A stretch of 24,000 nucleotides of DNA from Streptomyces phage Wakanda, in sequence record MT024865.1; one strand, 5' to 3'. The position numbers and the translations under genes were made by a program. The notes beneath the pieces are model-generated. The model saw only the letters and a program-made list of their open reading frames with translations. It searched no databases and had not been told where the DNA came from. Below, piece after piece: positions 21,095 through 24,000 of the stretch (position 1 is its first letter; each line of letters opens with the position of its first letter).

Positions 21095-21180
21095 TGTGTT
21101 GCACACGTCCTTGTATGGTGGCAACCTGGGAGAACGGCAAGTACGTTCTCAAGTGTATTAACTGTAACCACTCGCGTTGA
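21094..21180 (+). CDS. 28-aa Cys-rich peptide MCCTRPCMVATWENGKYVLKCINCNHSR
   Basis: TGATG overlap with upstream gene; CC..C...CxxC. Confidence 0.5.
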   Translation: MCCTRPCMVATWENGKYVLKCINCNHSR

Positions 21181-21206
21181 CAGCAACCGGGCGGCTGTGT
21201 TAATAT
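21177..21206 (+). promoter_or_regulatory. Sigma70-type promoter with inverted repeat in spacer
   Basis: TTGACA - 18 nt - TAATAT; followed by AGAGATATC. Confidence 0.87.
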
Positions 21207-21237
21207 AGAGATATCGGGTCAACAGCCCGGTATCCAT

Positions 21238-21309
21238 GCGGATGTAGTTTAATGGTAAAACCTCTGCCTTCCAAGCAGGTGAGTGCCGGTTCGATTCCGG
21301 TCATCCGCT
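21238..21309 (+). tRNA. tRNA-Gly(TCC)
   Basis: Acceptor GCGGATG/CATCCGC, loop CTTCCAA. Confidence 0.92.
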
Positions 21310-21321
21310 CTCTAACAAAAT

Positions 21322-21353
21322 GCCCCGGAGGAAAATCCTCCGGGGCTTCTTAG
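21322..21353 (+). terminator. Intrinsic terminator
   Basis: GCCCCGGAGG-AAAA-TCCTCCGGGGC TTCTT. Confidence 0.85.
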
Positions 21354-21369
21354 TTGACTGAGAGGGAAC

Positions 21370-21750
21370 ATGAAGAAGGTATTCTTCCGTCTGGCCAATA
21401 CGACTCACATGCTCGTCTTCACCATTATTGGCACGTTGGTGGTTAGCTCGGTAGTGTTCTCTCTTGCCGAGGGCGTTAGTCTTTATGATGGTGTATACTG
21501 GTCAGTAGTGACCATGAGCACGACGGGTTATGGTGACCTGAGTCCAGCAACAATTGTTGGTAAGGCGTACACCATGCTTCTGATGCTCTGGTCTGTATTC
21601 TTTCTGGTTCCCAGTGCGGTGGCTCAAATCATCATGAGGTTCATTCATAACCGAAACGAGTTCACGCACGAGGAGCAGGAGGAAATTATGCGGCAGCAGG
21701 AGCGCATCCTGGAGCTGCTTGAGCGAGGAGGTGCCAATGAGCGAGGTTGA
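21370..21750 (+). CDS. K+ channel-like protein (two TM + pore)
   Basis: YWSVVTMSTTGYGDLSPAT selectivity-filter signature between two hydrophobic segments. Confidence 0.9.
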   Translation: MKKVFFRLANTTHMLVFTIIGTLVVSSVVFSLAEGVSLYDGVYWSVVTMSTTGYGDLSPATIVGKAYTMLLMLWSVFFLVPSAVAQIIMRFIHNRNEFTHEEQEEIMRQQERILELLERGGANERG

Positions 21751-21937
21751 GTCGTTTTGCTTCGACGTTCAGATTTTCAGGAACGAAGATGGCAAGTACG
21801 AATATGCTGTGTCCCAGGAATTTGAGACAGAGGGCGAGGAGCCGGACTGGGAGCTGCTTGAGACTGGCGCGGGAGACACGCTAGAAGAGGCGGCAAGGAT
21901 GGCTGGCAACAGCATCCGCACTCTGTTCAACGTATAA
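21737..21937 (+). CDS. Hypothetical acidic protein
   Basis: 66 aa, SD GAGGAGGTG, overlaps the channel gene end. Confidence 0.7.
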   Translation: MSEVESFCFDVQIFRNEDGKYEYAVSQEFETEGEEPDWELLETGAGDTLEEAARMAGNSIRTLFNV

Positions 21938-21972
21938 AAATCCTGAGATTTTTAAGCCCTTTCGTAAAGGGC
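21934..21972 (+). terminator. Double-hairpin element copy C
   Basis: AAAAATC-CTGA-GATTTTT then GCCCTTT-CGT-AAAGGGC. Confidence 0.55.
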
Positions 21973-21974
21973 GG

Positions 21975-22045
21975 TCCCCTGTAGTGTAACGGCAGCACAG
22001 CGTACTTTGGATGCGCGGGTTCCAGTTCGAGTCTGGCCAGGGGAG
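21975..22045 (+). tRNA. tRNA-Gln(TTG)
   Basis: Acceptor TCCCCTG/CAGGGGA, loop CTTTGGA. Confidence 0.9.
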
Positions 22046-22046
22046 C

Positions 22047-22409
22047 GTGCTAACTGATAATCTATACTGGTACCGAGTCAAGGAGTTCCTTTACAACCAC
22101 GATGGTGATACACTCAAGGTCGTGGTGGACATGGGGATGCGTGTCTGTCGAGAAGTAACGCTACGGGCTGAGGGTATTGACACCCCGGAGCTACGCGGCG
22201 ATACTCTAGAAAAGGCGCGGGTTTCCCGAGATGCCGCTAAGGAATGGTTCACCAAGCCTGGACGTAAGCTAGTGGTCAAGACATACGTTGACCCTGGTAG
22301 TTATGACAGGTACACGGCTGAGGTCTTTGACGCCGACACCGAAGAGTGTTTTAATAAGTGGATGGTGGATAGCGGATACGCCTCTGCCTACGTCTACAAG
22401 TGGGGATAA
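22047..22409 (+). CDS. Staphylococcal nuclease (thermonuclease)-like protein
   Basis: HDGDTLKVVVDMGMRVCREVTLRAEGIDTPELRG...DRYTAEVFD; start codon uncertain. Confidence 0.75.
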   Translation: MLTDNLYWYRVKEFLYNHDGDTLKVVVDMGMRVCREVTLRAEGIDTPELRGDTLEKARVSRDAAKEWFTKPGRKLVVKTYVDPGSYDRYTAEVFDADTEECFNKWMVDSGYASAYVYKWG

Positions 22410-22411
22410 TA

Positions 22412-22621
22412 ATGCTGGAACTTCTGTTCTGGGCCTGGGCAATCGTTGCTATCCTGGCGTTTGTTTGGTCTGGTCCGTGGGTTATTACAGGAGTGGCTGA
22501 CGGAAATGTAGAGCCCGTGGGCCTGCTTATCTGGCCGGTTGGTTGTGCGCTCGTTCCGTTCCTGATTGTATTCGGATTCCTGCTCCTTGGCTGGGAGAAG
22601 ATTACTGGAAAGAAGGAGTAA
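22412..22621 (+). CDS. Small membrane protein
   Basis: Two hydrophobic segments. Confidence 0.7.
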   Translation: MLELLFWAWAIVAILAFVWSGPWVITGVADGNVEPVGLLIWPVGCALVPFLIVFGFLLLGWEKITGKKE

Positions 22622-22623
22622 GA

Positions 22624-22660
22624 CCACTTTCGAGTGGTTGGGGCGCAAGCCCCAAGCTTC
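22624..22660 (+). terminator. Tandem hairpins plus AAGCTT
   Basis: CCACT-TTCG-AGTGG then TTGGGGC-GCAA-GCCCCAA GCTT. Confidence 0.5.
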
Positions 22661-22676
22661 CTAACAGGGAGAACTA

Positions 22677-22967
22677 ATGCTGGTAATAGCAGCTATCGTT
22701 GCCCTTCTTGTGGTGCTGTATGTGGCCGGTATAATTACCGACAAGAACGCCGAGAAGGAGCTTGCCCGGCTCAAGTCTCTGCCCAACTACTATCGGCTCT
22801 GTCGAGTTGTGGATAATGGCGGACGTGAGCTAAGATGCCGAGTAAGGGAATGGAACATCCGCCCGGACAAGTCCGAGCTGTGGTGCATCGACCCGGTTCC
22901 GCATCCAAATGGTTGGACCAGAAGTTTTATCTGGCCCAACGAGGATATTGAGTTCCTGGAGGACTAA
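22677..22967 (+). CDS. Membrane-anchored hypothetical protein
   Basis: 96-aa ORF, SD AGGGAGA. Confidence 0.75.
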   Translation: MLVIAAIVALLVVLYVAGIITDKNAEKELARLKSLPNYYRLCRVVDNGGRELRCRVREWNIRPDKSELWCIDPVPHPNGWTRSFIWPNEDIEFLED

Positions 22968-23161
22968 TGGAAATTCTGCTGTGGATTTATTTCGTTGGTC
23001 TGGGCGTGTGTCTGGGCATTGGATTTTGTCTGCTGTTCCTCGGTGGGATTCTTGGAATTGAGCCCAAAGACAGCACGATTCTCAAGTTCGTAGGTTTTGC
23101 TCTTGGATGGCCGGTTACTTACCCGGCCTGGGCTGCCTGGGTGACTTACAAGGATAGGTGA
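22967..23161 (+). CDS. Small membrane protein
   Basis: 64-aa ORF, TAATG overlap with the upstream gene. Confidence 0.7.
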   Translation: MEILLWIYFVGLGVCLGIGFCLLFLGGILGIEPKDSTILKFVGFALGWPVTYPAWAAWVTYKDR

Positions 23162-23167
23162 CACCAC

Positions 23168-23217
23168 CTGCCCCTTCGGGGGCAAGCTCTAATCCCGGTT
23201 CGCCGGGATTTTTTTAT
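23168..23217 (+). terminator. Tandem hairpins: GCCCC-TTCG hairpin + AAGCT, then a strong U-tract terminator
   Basis: GCCCCTTCGGGGGC AAGCTC; AATCCCGG-TTCG-CCGGGATTTTTTT. Confidence 0.85.
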
Positions 23218-23237
23218 TGCCCGGACGAGAGAATAAT

Positions 23238-23834
23238 ATGAATTTCGAGAAACTGCACGAGCTGATTCCATACGCGACAGGTGGAAAGAATCATGCTGTC
23301 ACCATGTCGCCTTACAACGCGATTACCCTGGCAATGCCAGGAAGGCATCAGCATGACACGGTTCCGGCCGGTGGTGATTTCGTCGTTATGGTTTCGGACG
23401 ATAGCCTCGGCTGGGTAAATCATCAGTTCACGCATGATGATATTTTCTTGGACATGGAGAAGAAGATGCAGCTCGACTCGGAGTCTGCCGAACGCCTCAT
23501 GGCTGACTACGCAGAGGTCGTAGTTAATGGCAAGGACCCTGAGAAAATCGAGTGGGAGCGCGGAGACTGGGATAATACTCTGCACCCGCAGACGTTTCTG
23601 TATGCCGTTCAGTGCCTAGCTGTGGCTGAGCACAGGCGGTATCACCAGTTCGAGAAGCGGGGCGGCGGCAGGTACTTGCCTTTGCGTTTTACTTTTGGTA
23701 TCGTTAGTGAAGCGTGGACAGCAGCCGACTGCAAGAATTTTCAGCGGCGCGGTCGTCCTGGCCTGGAACATCTTGAGAAGGAGAAGGAGTTTAAGACAAC
23801 TTTGACTGCCATCAAGGATTTCATGGCTGCATAA
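23238..23834 (+). CDS. Hypothetical protein
   Basis: 198 aa MNFEKLHELIPYATGGKNHAVTMSPYNAITLAMPGRH... Confidence 0.8.
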   Translation: MNFEKLHELIPYATGGKNHAVTMSPYNAITLAMPGRHQHDTVPAGGDFVVMVSDDSLGWVNHQFTHDDIFLDMEKKMQLDSESAERLMADYAEVVVNGKDPEKIEWERGDWDNTLHPQTFLYAVQCLAVAEHRRYHQFEKRGGGRYLPLRFTFGIVSEAWTAADCKNFQRRGRPGLEHLEKEKEFKTTLTAIKDFMAA

Positions 23835-23839
23835 TTTCG

Positions 23840-23874
23840 CCGGGGTTGAGATACCCCGGCAAGCTTGGTATACT
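23840..23874 (+). promoter_or_regulatory. Hairpin overlapping a candidate promoter
   Basis: CCGGGGTTGAGATACCCCGG AAGCTT; TTGAGA - 17 nt - TATACT. Confidence 0.45.
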
Positions 23875-23886
23875 AAGGAGGTAAAT

Positions 23887-24000
23887 ATGGCTAAGGACTT
23901 CGAGTCCAAGAATCCCAAGGCGACGAGTAAGACCGTCGTGCTTACGCTCCAGATTGATGCGGACAACATGGCTGAGCTTTACGGCCGAATCGCAACTCTG
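23887..24000 (+). CDS. Hypothetical protein, truncated by the window edge
   Basis: SD AAGGAGG, ATG, open to the end: MAKDFESKNPKATSKTVVLTLQIDADNMAELYGRIATL. Confidence 0.7.
   Translation, partial: MAKDFESKNPKATSKTVVLTLQIDADNMAELYGRIATL

Noticed and set aside
20231-21124. 297-aa minus-strand ORF
   Set aside because: Antisense to several well-formed plus-strand genes; no motif recognised.
1-24000. CRISPR array, integrase/attachment site or transposon
   Set aside because: No regularly spaced repeats, no recombinase or transposase motif seen; repeated tRNA T-arms (GTTCGAATCC) are not CRISPR repeats.

Overview
This 24-kb window looks like part of a large, tRNA-rich actinobacteriophage genome, probably a Streptomyces-type phage (inference from content; no database search was possible). 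It is densely packed, almost entirely plus-strand, with many very small genes. I can fold 28 tRNA genes by eye. They include an initiator-type tRNA-Met, a tRNA-Arg with a GCG anticodon, and a class-I-shaped tRNA with a CAA anticodon. There is also a one-piece tmRNA with a predicted 11-aa tag, ANSRNAFALAA. Recognisable proteins: HNH endonuclease, Lsr2 C-terminal-like DNA-binding protein (minus strand), permuted NlpC/P60 (YiiX-like) hydrolase, macro-domain protein, rIIA-like GHKL ATPase, rIIB-like protein with a 16-Cys insert, calcineurin-like phosphoesterase, WhiB-like Fe-S protein, a K+ channel-like protein with the TTGYGD selectivity filter, and a thermonuclease-like protein. The most novel-looking signal is a set of unassigned noncoding blocks between tRNA genes (about 1305-1544, 1752-1787, 7955-8451, 9130-9291, 9864-9990, 10073-10180, 19763-19836). 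They are rich in perfect inverted repeats, and several share a T-arm-like hairpin whose loop starts TGRAA. Other recurring signals are a hairpin-AAGCT element at the ends of many genes, a conserved double hairpin present three times, strong TTGACA/-10 promoters placed in front of RNA genes, and extended -10 boxes exactly positioned for leaderless mRNAs.
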